Translations under genes and position numbers: made by a program
Assembly: GCA_965178125.1 (NCBI GenBank)
Contig: OZ237769.1
Location: forward strand, 558,001-622,000
From: Bilabrum cf. latius
Lineage: Eukaryota
DNA length: 64,000 bases
Direction: 5' to 3'
Shown: positions 12,716 through 24,749 of the stretch, one piece after another
Numbering within the stretch: position 1 is the stretch's first letter
How the letters are laid out: each line of letters begins with the position of its first letter
Notes under the pieces: generated by a model
Database searches by the model: none
What the model was told of the DNA's origin: nothing
What the model saw: the letters and a program-made list of their open reading frames with translations, nothing else

Positions 12716-12848
12716 CACTCGATCACTTCGGGCCACCGATCCACTCGATCACTTCGGGCCACCGATCCACTCGATCACTTCGGGCCACCGATCCACTCGA
12801 TCACTTCGGGCCACCGATCCACTCGATCACTTCGGGCCACCGATCCAC
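12716..12848. repeat. 26-bp tandem repeat x5 (CACTCGATCACTTCGGGCCACCGATC)
   Basis: Five identical head-to-tail units with no spacers, lying between two convergent genes. Confidence 0.95.
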
Positions 12849-12879
12849 CCACCGTCCCACATGCCGATAGTGCCTATCA

Positions 12880-14232
12880 TCAGCAGCACAGGAGTCTCCA
12901 GAACCCCTCGCAGGCCGCGCAGCAGCAGCACAGCAAGGAAGACCCGCACAGATTCCTCCTCCTCCTCACCCCCCTAGCTTCATCGTCATCACCGTCCCCG
13001 TCCCCGTCATGGTCCGCCCCTTCCTCGTCCCCCTCCCCCTCCCCCCCCCCCTCGCCGCGGACACCCTGCCAGCCGGACTCCCTGCCCCAGCCCCTGCTCC
13101 TGCTGGCGCTCCTCCGGCCCATCGCCCCCATGCTGCCGCCCATGGACACAGACCCAGCCAGGCTCTCCAAGTCCCCGTCCTCGCCATCGTCGCCCCCGCG
13201 CCTCCGCCCTCTCGAGCGAGACGACCGCCGGCCCCCCATCCGCAGGATCAAAGACGCGGCCTCGGACACGCCCGAGTCGCCGAGCCCGCCGCCAGCACTC
13301 GTCACGCCGCCTCCAGCACGCAAGGAGGCCCTACCCGCCCCGGAGGACGCCAACCCACCCAGCCCTCCCATTGTTCCCTGGCCAACGAGGCCCCGCCCGG
13401 CGAGGGACAGCAGCTGCTGCAACCTCCCAGGGTCCCTCACCGGGTTCAGGTTCACCGGCATGCCGCTGCCCAGCACGTCGGTTCCGCTCGCCGCGCACGC
13501 GGCCTGGGCCTGCCGCAGGGTGCGGAACCGGACGCACGCGAAGTTTGGCCCCGGCCTGATCTCCACGGCCTGCCCGAACCTGTCGCAGGCGGTCTGCAGC
13601 TGCCGCAGGTCCTCTGTTCCCTAGAGCGGGGCTCCCCACACCTCCACCCAGGTGGGCGGGAAATCCGTCGAGTTTTTCTGCTGCTTGCTGAAGGCCCCCG
13701 CAGGGCCGGAGCCCTCCATCCTGCGGGCGGCAGTGCTGGCTGCGGTCCCGCCGAGGGAGCGGCGCGCGGTGCCGGCCCCCGAGGGCAAACCCCCGGTCAT
13801 GAACGGGTCTTGCGCAGGGGTGCCCAGACCGTCGGTGCCCCGGCGGCTGGAGGCAGGTAGGCTCAGCTGCCCGGACGCGGCCAAAAAGTCGCCTTCCCCA
13901 CCGTTGGAGTGTCCGTGGAAGGAAGACCCGCCCTTGCCGAAGTCCTCTCCGATAGGTCCGGCTCCACCAATGCTATGTTGCGTCTCGTCCATCGTGTAAG
14001 GGATGTCTTCATCAAGCGCTTTCATCTGCAAGCAGTGGGATCGCCGGGGGTGCAGTGCTGATAGGTGGCTGCTAGTCGAGACGGTCGCTTACCATGCTGT
14101 CTGGGGACACTAACAGTATACCAGAGCGCGTATTGGCGCAGTTAAACCTGCTAGTCTCACCTGCATCTTGCCTCTGCGCCGCGACCGGCTTCTTGACCGA
14201 TTGCGGCGGGGTGTCCTTTGTACTCCTGCCAT
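12880..14232 (-). CDS. Nup35/Nup53-type RRM (MPPN) nucleoporin-like protein; 1 in-frame TAG; first exon uncertain (14161-14232, then 12880-14025)
   Basis: TWVEVWGAPL*GTEDLRQLQTACDRFGQAVEIRPGPNFACVRFRTLRQAQAACAASG...VNLNP resembles the Nup53 RRM (WVTVFGF...NWMHIRY...QARKAL). TAG at 13621-13623. Amphipathic, Cys-rich C-terminus. Ends TGA TGA. Confidence 0.65.
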
Positions 14233-14545
14233 CGCTCAGCTACTCTGAGTAAGCAGGGCTGCACAAGGCTGCTTGCGGAGTATTGCGCGAGTTTGATTTC
14301 AATTTAGCTGATACTGGCAGGATTTAGTCACTGCAGGTGCTCAATTCGATTGATCGCTGGATTTCGTGCATCTGCTTTATCGGCCGTTTGAAAGGTGTAC
14401 CTAAAAAAAGATGATGTCCAGCAGTGTGACGAGCAAGCGCTCGCCTCGCCAGCGCTCGCACGACTCGACCCCACTGGAGACACGTAAACAGCACTGCTCT
14501 GTCGTGAACGTAGAGAATAGCTAAGAATTTGCTGTCGACACTACC

Positions 14546-17500
14546 ATGGGAGATGAAGGACCGCTAGTCAACAGCGAGCTGGCTAGGCAGGTGCAGGCTG
14601 CGCTGAATCGCAAGCAAGGCGAGAGCAGTGCGATTGCTGACATCTAGCTGGCAGTGCGAGATGCAATTCGCAACACGCAGCTTGGGTTCTACATAAATAC
14701 AGCACAGACGGTCCTCTCGCTGCTGGCCTGCGTCATGTATGTCGTGTCGACGTACCTGGAGGACCTGGGACCTGTCCCGCTGGGGTTGGTCGTGTGGGAA
14801 TGGTTCCTCTTTATCGCGTTTGCGGGCGATTATGTGCTGCAACTATTCATTGCCGAGAATATCGTGTCGTACGTCATGTCGCGAGAAGCGATCATCGATT
14901 TCTTGTCTATCCTGCCGATTGTGACGGTTCAGGCGCAGGCGAGCATCGGGTTCTTGCGCGTGCTTCGCGTGTTTCGCATCGTCCGCATTCTGCGAGGGGC
15001 GCGAACATTTGCGCCGGGTGCATCGATGGACGACGACGAGAGCGTCAATCGGCAGCTCGGCCTGCTGGTGTTTATCCTGCTGAGCTTCATCTTTATGGGC
15101 GCGGGCTTCTTCCACGCGGTGGAGCTCATGAGGAGCGGGACGTTTCAGTGGTTCGGCTCCAGCGATTGCGACTGGGGAAGACTCGAGTGAGTTGGGTAGA
15201 AGGAGCTGTCCGAGCCTGTCGACCTGATCCTTTGCAATTGACCCGCCCCAGCCAACCAACCAACTAGCCAGCCAACCGCTTGCTCGGCGCTTCTTCTTCT
15301 TCTTCTTCTTCCGCTCGCAGCGACGTGCCGCGGTGGGACCTGGATCCTGTTTGCAGAATGGATTTCTTTTAGGCCGCGTGTGAGCAAAACCAATTGCGCC
15401 GAGCATAAGGCTGTCAGGCCCAGCAGTGCCTTTGAGACGTGCGCCTCCCCCTCCCCTGTTCCCCTCCCCGCCCCCCCCCCCCCCCCCCTCCTTGCGACTC
15501 AACATGGAAACATCCCCAAACCATCACGATGCTCACGTCCAACGCCTCGCCCCATTCGCAGACCTGGTCATCATCACCGTCACCACCGTGGGGTATGGCG
15601 ACATCTCTCCGACGGACAACGTGGGTCGCCTGTGCATCCTCGTAGTTCTGCTGCCCCTCTTCCTCATCGTGCCAAGGGAGGTGGGCAAGCTGACCGACCT
15701 CATGGACAAGGTGTCCCAGTTCGCGAAACCGTACGAGGACACCCGCAGCTCGCACGTGATCATTACGGGAGACATCGGGTTCAGCCTGGCGCTCTCTTTC
15801 CTGCGGGAGTTCTTCCATGCGGACCACGGGGAGCAGCAGATGAAGGTAGTCATGCTGGCCCCCAGGGAGCCATCGGCCGCGCTGGAGGCCATGGTCACCA
15901 ACCCTGTGTTCGCAGAAAAGGTGCAGTACATAAAGGGAAACCCGTTGAGCACAAAGGATCTCATCAAGGCGCGAGTCACGCACGCCCACGCAGTGTTTGT
16001 GACCACCTCTCAGCTGGCCCCCAACCCCACCCGCCAGGACGTAAGCGCCTCGCTCATCTCCAAGGCGATTCGGAAAGCGAGCCCGTGGAGTTCCGTGTAC
16101 GTGCAGGTGCTGCACCCTGGCACCAGGGCACACGGGCAGTGGGCCCAGTGGGACATCGTCCTCTGCCTGCAGGAGCTGCGCATGGGCGTGCTCGCCAAAT
16201 CGGCCCTGTGCCCAGGATTTTCGACCCTGGTGTCCAACCTCATCATGAGCTCCGCCGAGTTCGACACCAACAGGCTGGCCAAGCGAGACAAGAAGTGGAC
16301 CCAGGAATACGCGGACGGCTACGGGCAGGAGGTGTACTGCCTGGAGCTGTCCAAGTGCTTCGCGGGGCAGCTCTTCTCGGTCGCTGCCAACAAGGCATAC
16401 AACATGTTCGGGGTGTGCATCTTCGGAATCGAGACGCAGAAGAGGTACATCGGGCCGGGAGGCGCGGTTGCGATGGCCACTGACAGCTTCAAGAACGTGT
16501 TCGACGCGAGCTGCGTCAAGCTAGCCAACATCGCGGCGGGGGGGGGCGATGGCAGCAGGGCCGGCTCGGCGTCAGGGCGGAAAGCACGTCGCGCCGGCTC
16601 GTCCTCTGGTCCTAAACCCACCAACGGTCTGTCCGAGAGCCTAAATATGGGTATGGGTATGGGCATGGACATGGGCGGGGGCGTCCAGATCACCAAGGAG
16701 GACCTGCAGGGCGAGGAGGACGATGCCCTGCCCGGGGAGGACGCGCTGGACCGCGAGATCCGGAGGAAGGCCGAGCAGCAGCAGAAGCTCGGAGTCTCGG
16801 GGGACCAGATCGAGACTGACTACGAGCGGTGGATGAGGGAGAGGGCCGAGAGGAAGAACGCCGTGGTGCTCATCAACCCGAAGGACTTCATCATCCGGTC
16901 GGGGGACAAGGCCCTGCTGATCGCCGACGATGTAGAGTCGGCCCAGAAGGTGAGGGACTGGGACGGAAGGGCCATCATGGAGCTGGACCACCTGCTGGCC
17001 ATCACGCCCGCCATCAAGTCCACCTTCAGGAGGCTCAACAACGGCAGGGGCAGGCTTCTGCGGGGGGCGAGGGTGCGGTTCCTGTCCAACGACAAGCCCA
17101 AGGCAGCTGGGCTCCGGAGCCCGACCCGGCCGCAGCCCAGGCACCAGAGCCAGAGGCAGCGGGGGGAGAGCAAGGAGGAGGCAATGGAGCAGAAACAGTC
17201 GGCGGCGGGTGCAGCGGGGGTGCGTCCCGTTGCCATCCCGGCCGGGGCGGTGCCAGTCGTGGCCGTCGATGTCGAGGACATCCCCGCGCCCGGTGCACAG
17301 CAGCAGCAGCCAGCAATCGACAAAGACAGAGATAGTGACAAAAACAGCAGCGCCGAGCCTGAGGGGCCCTCCGCCACAGGAGACGTGGAAGAGGCCAAGT
17401 CGCACCCGCAAGCGGCAGACGCTCAGGCCAGCCTTAGCAGCGATGTGGGTGGTGCCGCTGGGGACACTGCCACCCCGAGTCAAGGAGACAGCGAGGATGC

Positions 17501-19304
17501 TGCTGCTGCTGCTGGGCGAGAGGGTGCAGAGGGAGCGCTAGAGGGCGGATCGCAGGAAGGGGGGAGGAGGGTCGTTGTACCCGCGGGGAGGTTTGCGGCC
17601 GCGAGACGAGCGGTGGCGGCGCTGAAGCAGCACCCAACTGCAGGGGCAACGGCAGGGACAGGGACAGTGGCAGGGGGGGCATCGGCACGAGCCAGCCAAG
17701 ACTCGGCTGCGACCACAACCGGTGGTGCTGCCGGGTAGGGTGCATCGCACTGCATCCCCCCCTCAGTCCCCTCGGCATCCATCGCGGACCTGGACCTGCC
17801 CCCAAGGGTGCTGGACAGGCTGGAGAAGGAGAGCAAATCTGGCGGGGCGAGGCAGAGCGGGGAATCGTCGGGCGATCTCGGGATGCTGGACGAGGCGGAA
17901 GGGGCCGCCGCGGGTGAGGATGTGCTGGACACGGGCATGGGCAGCGGCATGGACGCGCAGGAGGTCTTCAGGACCATGCGGGAGCCAGAGGACGGCGCCT
18001 TTGGGCTGGTGAGGGACGCGAGGTGCCTCTCGGGGCACATCGTGGTGTGCGGCAACACGGCCGAGAACCTGAGCCTGTTTGTCCACCCCCTGAGGAGGGA
18101 GAGCGCGGCGCCCGTCCTAGTCATGTTCGATGCGGAGGACGAGGAGCCCCCGGGGATTAAGCTGCCCGCCTCGATGCTGCGGAACGTCTTCTTCTTGAGG
18201 GGTTCCCACCTGAGCGTGAAGGACCTCCGGAGAGCGGGCATGCAGACGGCCGCGGTGGCCGTCATCCTGGCCAACCACGCAGGGAACAAGTCCTCCTCGG
18301 GCGGAGAGGAGGAGGACGCCGTGTCCGGGGCGGTGGCAGACCTGGAGGCGGTGTTCACCACGTGCATCATGGAAGAAAGGTTCAAGAGCTGCCGGCTGGT
18401 GGTGGAGATCCTCGAGCCTGAGAGCATGAAGTTCATGAGTGCATCGCCTGGCAGCGGGCTGCTACCCACGGCCCTGTGGCCCCAGTTTGCGTGCGGGCGC
18501 GTGTTCACCGCAGCGGCGATGGATACCCTGCTGTGCCAGGCCTTCTACAACCCCGCCCTCCTGCCGGTGATGCAGCGACTCATCACGGGGAGGTCTGCCT
18601 CGGAGCTGCAGAGGGAACAAGACGCCAGGGAACAAGAGATCCGGGCGGCCAACGCGGAGCCGGAGCCGTACCAGCGGCAGGTGATGGCAATGCGCTTGCG
18701 GCTGCTGCATCGCGGAAGGGAGAGGAGGGCGGCGCTGGCCAACCACCATGCGATGCAAGCTGCGGGTGCATTGCACGGTGGTGCAGCCAGGTCTGGCACG
18801 CCCCCCTCGGCCCCTCCTTCGGGCGCCCCTGCCAGCGAGGTGCTCAAGTGGTTCGGGGTGGACTACGACCACGAGCTGGTGACCGCGGCCGAGTTCGACG
18901 CTGCCAACGACCCCATCGCTCCACCTGGCTTCAAGGCCGAGCACTTTGACGAGAACTGCCAGGTGGTGCAGATGCAGGTGCCTGCCCCTTTCATCAACCG
19001 GTACTACAGGGACCTGTTCATGGAGCTTCTCCTGACCCAGGGCATCCTGCCCATCGGCATGTACCGCACGCAGCACGTCTTCCAGGCGCGACTGCCCTAC
19101 GTGGTGGCCAACCCGCCCCCTCTCACGGTGCTGCACGCAGACGACCGCCTCTTCATCCTCTGCTCCAAGTCGCTGGTGCAGAGGGCGGCGCACGTGAGCA
19201 AGACCAAGGCGCCCGAGCCCAACGGGGCGCGGCTCGGGAGGCTCAACTCGAACCTGGCAGATGCGGTGCTGCGGTCCATGGGGGGACGACGCAAGGGGCT
19301 GTGA
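14546..19304 (+). CDS. BK/Slo-family potassium channel (6TM plus two RCK domains); exons 14546-15186, 15321-15379, 15562-19304; 3 in-frame TAG
   Basis: S4 FLRVLRVFRIVRILR. Spliced pore MDFF*AAYLVIITVTTVGYGD. RCK1 HVIITG...GFSTLVSNL, RCK2 GHIVVCG...FACGRVF...CQAFYNP. TAG at 14645, 15370 and 17736. TGA stop. Confidence 0.92.
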
Positions 19305-19781
19305 CTGCTAGTAGCATAGCATAGCTATCATAGCATGGCATGGGGAGGGGAGGGGAGGGGGAGGGGAGGGAGACGGGAGTCGGTGCGTGCGGGCGCTGCA
19401 GTTACGTCTTGAAGCGGTGTTCTGGTATTTTCGTCTAGAACAATGTTACTGCGCTCAACGCTGTGCCTGTGCAGCGTAGATCTAGGCACTTGCCGGCTGC
19501 AGGTGCACTGCACTGGACTGTAGGATCGCTCGAGATCCATTTCATCAGATGCCAACATCTCAAAATAAACAAAACACGCAAGACTGTGGTGCCAAAGCAT
19601 GCTAGGCCACGACTGCCATCCGCTGATTAGACCTAAACTAGCACGCTGGCGACTAGTTGTCTACGCATCTGCAACCGGCGGCTCCATGGCCTCCAGGTCA
19701 TGCCACGCACCACCACGATGCACTTCAGGCAGTACTCTCAGCCAACTTGAAGGGTACTCATTTCGGCACGCTGAATCATCA

Positions 19782-22275
19782 TCACGGCAAGATGGTCTCG
19801 GTGTTGTTCTGCCAGAACGTCCACACTCCCCCGTGGTGCTGGGGGTCCCCCTTGGGGTCCATGGCGGGATACCTGCACGGCACTGCGGTGCTGTTGTACT
19901 CCTGGATTCTCTACTTGAGCCTCTGCACGATCTCCGGGTTCTGCCCTGAGACGTCATGCCACTCGTTGGGGTCGGTGGGCAGGTGGAACAGCTGGATGGT
20001 GTCTGGGCCGGGCTTGGGACCAGGGGGAGGGGGCACCTGCCCAGCAGGGGGGGTCCATCCCGGGGGCACGAACCAGTCGTTGTTCCCCACGGGCCCCATG
20101 AGCAGCTTCCACCCGTCCTGGATGATGCCGGCGGTCCCGTCCACCGGGTCAATGTTGATGAGAAGCTCCGTTCTCGCGTGGGTCGTGTTCTTGCCAGTCA
20201 CTGCCTCCCACTGGTTGTGCCCGTCCAGAGGCAGGTCCGAGAGATCTGCCCCCGCCACGCCCCCCGCCAGCGTGGGGAACAAGTCGGTTACGTGGAACAT
20301 CCCATCGAAGGACTACCCCCGGCGGGAGGCGGGGATGGCGTCCCCTCCCGACCAGAAGGCCGCGTTAGTGACGATGCCCCCTTCGAACAGAGTACCCTTC
20401 TCGCCCCTGCGGTTTGGAGGAGAACGAGTGAGGAAGAGGCGTGTAATATGAGCAAGTTGTCAGAGCGGACGGGTGGACACGAGACTGAAGTTGCGCTTCG
20501 ATATGCATCGATATCAATGCAGCATCCAGGATGATAGGCATCGGCATTACGGCGTGTGCCTGCCTGCCTCATGAATTCAGCTGCTCTCTTCTCACCTGCG
20601 GGGCCAGTTGTTGCCTCCTGCCTGCGGGGAAAAACAGACCCGGCCAATTGGGGAACAAATGAAGTGGATAGGGTGGAAGCAAACCAGAGGGCAAAAGGTG
20701 CCAATGAATGCAAGAGTGCTTCGGGGCTGGGCCATGACCCTCGGTGTACATGACCTCTATCCACCCGACGCCTATCTCTCATATTTCATCCATACCCTTC
20801 CTCACTTCCGATGCCTGTCCCCCGTTGTCCTGCATCACCGCCACCACAGTGTCCTTGGCCATGCCCGTCTCATCCAGGGCCTGCATCACGGTCGCGAGGT
20901 TGTCGTCCAGCTGTTCCAGCATAGCCAGGTACTTTTGCCTGGCCTTGCCCTTGGCGTCTTTGGCCAGGAACTCGAACCTGTCCAGGTACTTTTGGTCTGC
21001 CTGCAGGGGGGCATGCACGCACTGAGTGGCCAGGTAGAGGAACAACGGGGTGCCGTCGTTGCCGTGTTCCTTGGCGTGGGACCGGATGGCCTCAGCGGCC
21101 TTGCCAGAGAACAGCTCGGCCGTGTAGGTACCATTGGCGGAGAAATCGGGGCTGAAGTCCCTGGTGTTGGCGTACCCCGCGCCCCCGTCCCAGGAGCGGG
21201 AGTGGGTGTAGTGGTCCGAGGCACCGATGACCCTGCGGGGTAAAGAGAAAGGTGTGCAGCGACACATGAATTGTGCAGTTGAATCATTTCGGCAAGTGGC
21301 GGGTATTTGGTGCATGTGCATGTGCACGTGCATGGGCCCTGGCCCTGAGGTGCTGCAGGCAGGCGGTCGCAAGGCCACGCCCGCGTATCATTCGTTCTCA
21401 CATGCCGTAGTAGGAATCGAACCCGCGCTCATTGGGCCAGTACTGGGGCTGGTAGAACCCCACGTGCCCTGCATTGAAGGGGGAGGGGATCGAGAGGGGG
21501 TCGAGAGGGGGCGATCCAAAAAGCAAGGCAGTATCAACAGCTGAGATGGAGTGGGAGGGCGAGATACTTGTGCCAGGTTCTCACATTTTCCAACCATCTA
21601 CGTAGCGTATCCCTGGCGCTTGAATGCCTGTGCTATCGTCGTTTCGTTCTTGGGAAGCGCGTTGGGCTGGTTGGGACGGATGACGCCGTGCCTGCGAGTC
21701 GAGGACGCGAGCTGGGCCATGGAACAGGACTGACTGGCCATTGACCGGCTCTAGTGGTAGGTAGGTTACTATGGGGTTTGTAGTCTTACTGGAGTCCCGT
21801 GTGGATCTGGTAACGTCTGCGAAGAAAGCAGAGGAGGCAGCATACATCACAACTTGGCCTTGCGGCATAGAGACAGAACTGCTGGCACGAGTGCCGGAGC
21901 TTACCCAGAAATAAGCTGAGAACGTGTGGGTGAGCATATGTACTGCACATAGCTGTTGCTCATGTTTACGCCCTCGTTCCAGAACCGATCCAAGTTAGGA
22001 GTCTTTGCGAATTGCTCGACTTGCGTCTTGCCAAGATCATTTGACCCCCAGTCATCAACCACTGCGACTCAGTAGCATTTTAAATCATCATAAATGCAGG
22101 TGCTTACTTGACGATCCCACGAGTGCCATTCGGGCAGCTATAGCAGGCACTAGAATTGAGTCTCACGAAGGATCACTACGTGAGGGGTCTTGGGCGGTAC
22201 AGTCACATGGCTTACAGCCGCCCTCGAAGAAAGAGCAAGTATGGCAGCCGATAGAATGGTATTCGCCCCTCTCAT
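19782..22275 (-). CDS. Arylsulfatase B-like sulfatase, 8 exons, 3 in-frame TAG
   Basis: Signal peptide, PHVVILLVDDWG, CSPTRSQLISGRYQIHTGLQ, GYAT*MVGKWHVG, DNGG, GNNWPRRGEKGTLFEGG, RRG*SFDGMFHVTD, RLK*RIQEY. Introns 22062-22166, 21817-21904, 21692-21789, 21469-21584, 21233-21401, 20622-20805, 20407-20595. TAG at 21598, 20313 and 19911. Ends TGA TGA TGA. Confidence 0.93.
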
Positions 22276-22781
22276 GGCCGAAGAATACAAGAATGGCAGA
22301 ATTCGTAGATATTGCCTGCGCGATGTGATGTCTTCATCTTCGCCAATTGTCACTTGATAACTTCAACTTCTCCAGCGTCATAGTGGTTACCTGATTGCCC
22401 CATCACACAGGCGTAAGCCGAAACCAATCTAGCTATGATATCATGCCGGTAATTTTGCTGCTGTTGCTGCTGCGGTGATGCCACAGATTGCCCACTGCCG
22501 GACTAACCCTCCGCCTCCCCCCCCCCTTCGCCCTGGGCCACTCCACGCACCACCATCTTACCATGGAAGGGCCAATCTGCTTGCTCAAGTGCTGCCATAC
22601 ATCAATCAGTCAAAGGAGGGCAGTGGTCATAGCGGATGGGAAGTGCCACAGTGTTTTGTCCACCGCTTACTTCCGGTTCTGGCCACCAGGTTCAGCTTCA
22701 ATCCAGCAATTCAACGTCATCCATATCAGCAAGACAACAATAATCGTGTGCACTCGTGACACTCCCCATAACCATCCATCA

Positions 22782-24539
22782 TCACGATACCACACAGCAC
22801 TTGCAGCACGCATCGCTGTCTGGGTCGGTCGCTTGTTTCTCGGCTAGACCCCACTGTGCCATCGCCGCTCGCTGCTCCTCGCCGGACCCACTAGGACTCT
22901 CTCCCACGGCGCTGGTCAGCTGCCAATCGTCTCGCAGCCCCCCCGGGCCCCTCGCATCCGAAGCAGCGCTGTCTGAGTCGGAACCCGGGATAGACGAGCC
23001 CGTGATACTGAAATGTTCAATTCCGTGGGTCACCCTGGTGACTCTACGCGAGTGTAGCTTACGCAGCCTCTTCATACGTTGTTCCAAGGCACCCAGGATT
23101 GTGGCAGGTGTCGATGTTCCTCTGGCCATCCGGAGCCGGATCCCGAGTCGATCTCGCATGTGCCCAAGCTGCTTTTGAATTTCGCTCACCTACGTTACAG
23201 CGCAGAACCATATCCTTAGTTCGTTTTCTTTATCGAGATCCTTCGCTGCAGTCATTCGAATCGCCTATTCCCTTGTCAGCGAGCATCTTGCAAATGGTGA
23301 ATCGTCATAGAATGATAAGCAGCGTATCATTCCTATCAGTTCACGACGGTGGGTTGTGTGGCAGCATTGTAGTGGGTCAGAATCCTCAATTCGCTGCAAT
23401 ACATCGAGTCCTCCTTCTCTTTGGCCGGTAGCCACCTTGCAAGCGGCCTCGAGAAGTTCTGTAGGGTGCGTCACCGTAAGCATGCGTCGCAACTATTCCT
23501 GCGATTGATCTAGAAGCTTAATCGCCTCACCATACAAGTATCGTGCGTCGAACTCACGCTATCGCTGCATGTTTAGCTCCTCATTGGACAGAGCGCAGCA
23601 ATCGCTGTCAAGGTTCTAAAGAATTTGGCGCAGATCGGAAGACTATTTGCTGTTGGTTTGCTCCGGAAGTTCATAATGGCGGCTTTGCAAGTGGCCGAAG
23701 CGCTTATTGACCGCCGAGAGCAGCACCGATTGTCGCAGATCCGCGACGTGCGAGTCGTGAATCTGCTTACAGGCCTAGCCGTGCAATGATCCAGCGGCTC
23801 TCATGAGCGTGCTCCTGCACTCCTGCGCGGCAGCACGAAAGAAACGGCACACAGGCACCTACTTGTATAACTCTGAGAGGTCGCCTCGCTGCCTGTTTTT
23901 AGCGATGGATTCTGCGACCACTTGGTGCGACCTTGCCTCGAATTGGTCGCCAATGGTTTTGGTAGCACCAGGGCAGAACGAAAGACGTCTAGGACATCGT
24001 AGGAGGCACATGCAAAATTTACCGAGCCCGAATCCCGCTGCTTCAAGGTCTGCATCGCTCCAGCGCGGACCCTCGTTGACACTAGCGGCTGGCGGGCGAG
24101 AGGCCGTAGCATCGGCGGCCTCTTGCGCCGCGGCACCTCCTTGGGCTGCTCCCAAGTAATCGTGCGCAAGAAATGGAGCAACCATATCGTTTGGAGGTAA
24201 GTGTGGGAGCTTATTTGTCCTTTCTCTTCCTGTGGCCGGCCATCCACACGTTTGGCCAGACTGGTCAATATCAATTCCCAGCGAATCCCGGCTGGGAGAC
24301 TTGCCGGCACCAGTATTGGCCTAGCACCAGTCAATTCGTTTTCGCTGCTGATAGTTGGTAGCAGTCGCTTGCATTGCTCGAACGAATCCCTTCATAAATC
24401 CGGCAGATTTACTCGGAGACTTCCGTGCAATCTCGGCCAGCACATGGTACAGGTCGAGTGCTGCTATCGTCTGCGCCCCGTCGACGAAGTCTGTGGCACC
24501 AGCAGCAGTGGACCACTCCACTTGTTCATGGGCTGACAT
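22782..24539 (-). CDS. Hypothetical protein (at least 585 aa) ending in CCKCCVVS (CaaX); 9 in-frame TAG; start uncertain
   Basis: Four short track ORFs share one frame with no TAA or TGA across about 1.8 kb. TAG at 24321, 23859, 23775, 23643, 23616, 23559, 23493, 23265 and 23190. TGA at 22782-22784. The frame stays open about 100 bp further upstream, past a possible acceptor. Confidence 0.7.
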
Positions 24540-24749
24540 AGCCAGTGATTTTAAGAGGGCGAGATAGGAGAGCTTCCGCTCGAGTGTTTCGCTGACTGAT
24601 CGCGCGAAAGCACAAAGTGGGCTAATCCCGATTGTAACTACAAGTCACTGTGCGGACTGGGCAGCGTCTAAACCACGAAGATTGGTGCGTTCCCCGCTTA
24701 TTGAGCACGTACACGGGAATTACTCTTTTTCACGCAGTATTCACAAGTA

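Noticed and set aside
12716-12848. CRISPR array (also considered for 25608-26114 and 51391-51510)
   Set aside because: Head-to-tail repeats without unique spacers, no cas genes, eukaryotic context.
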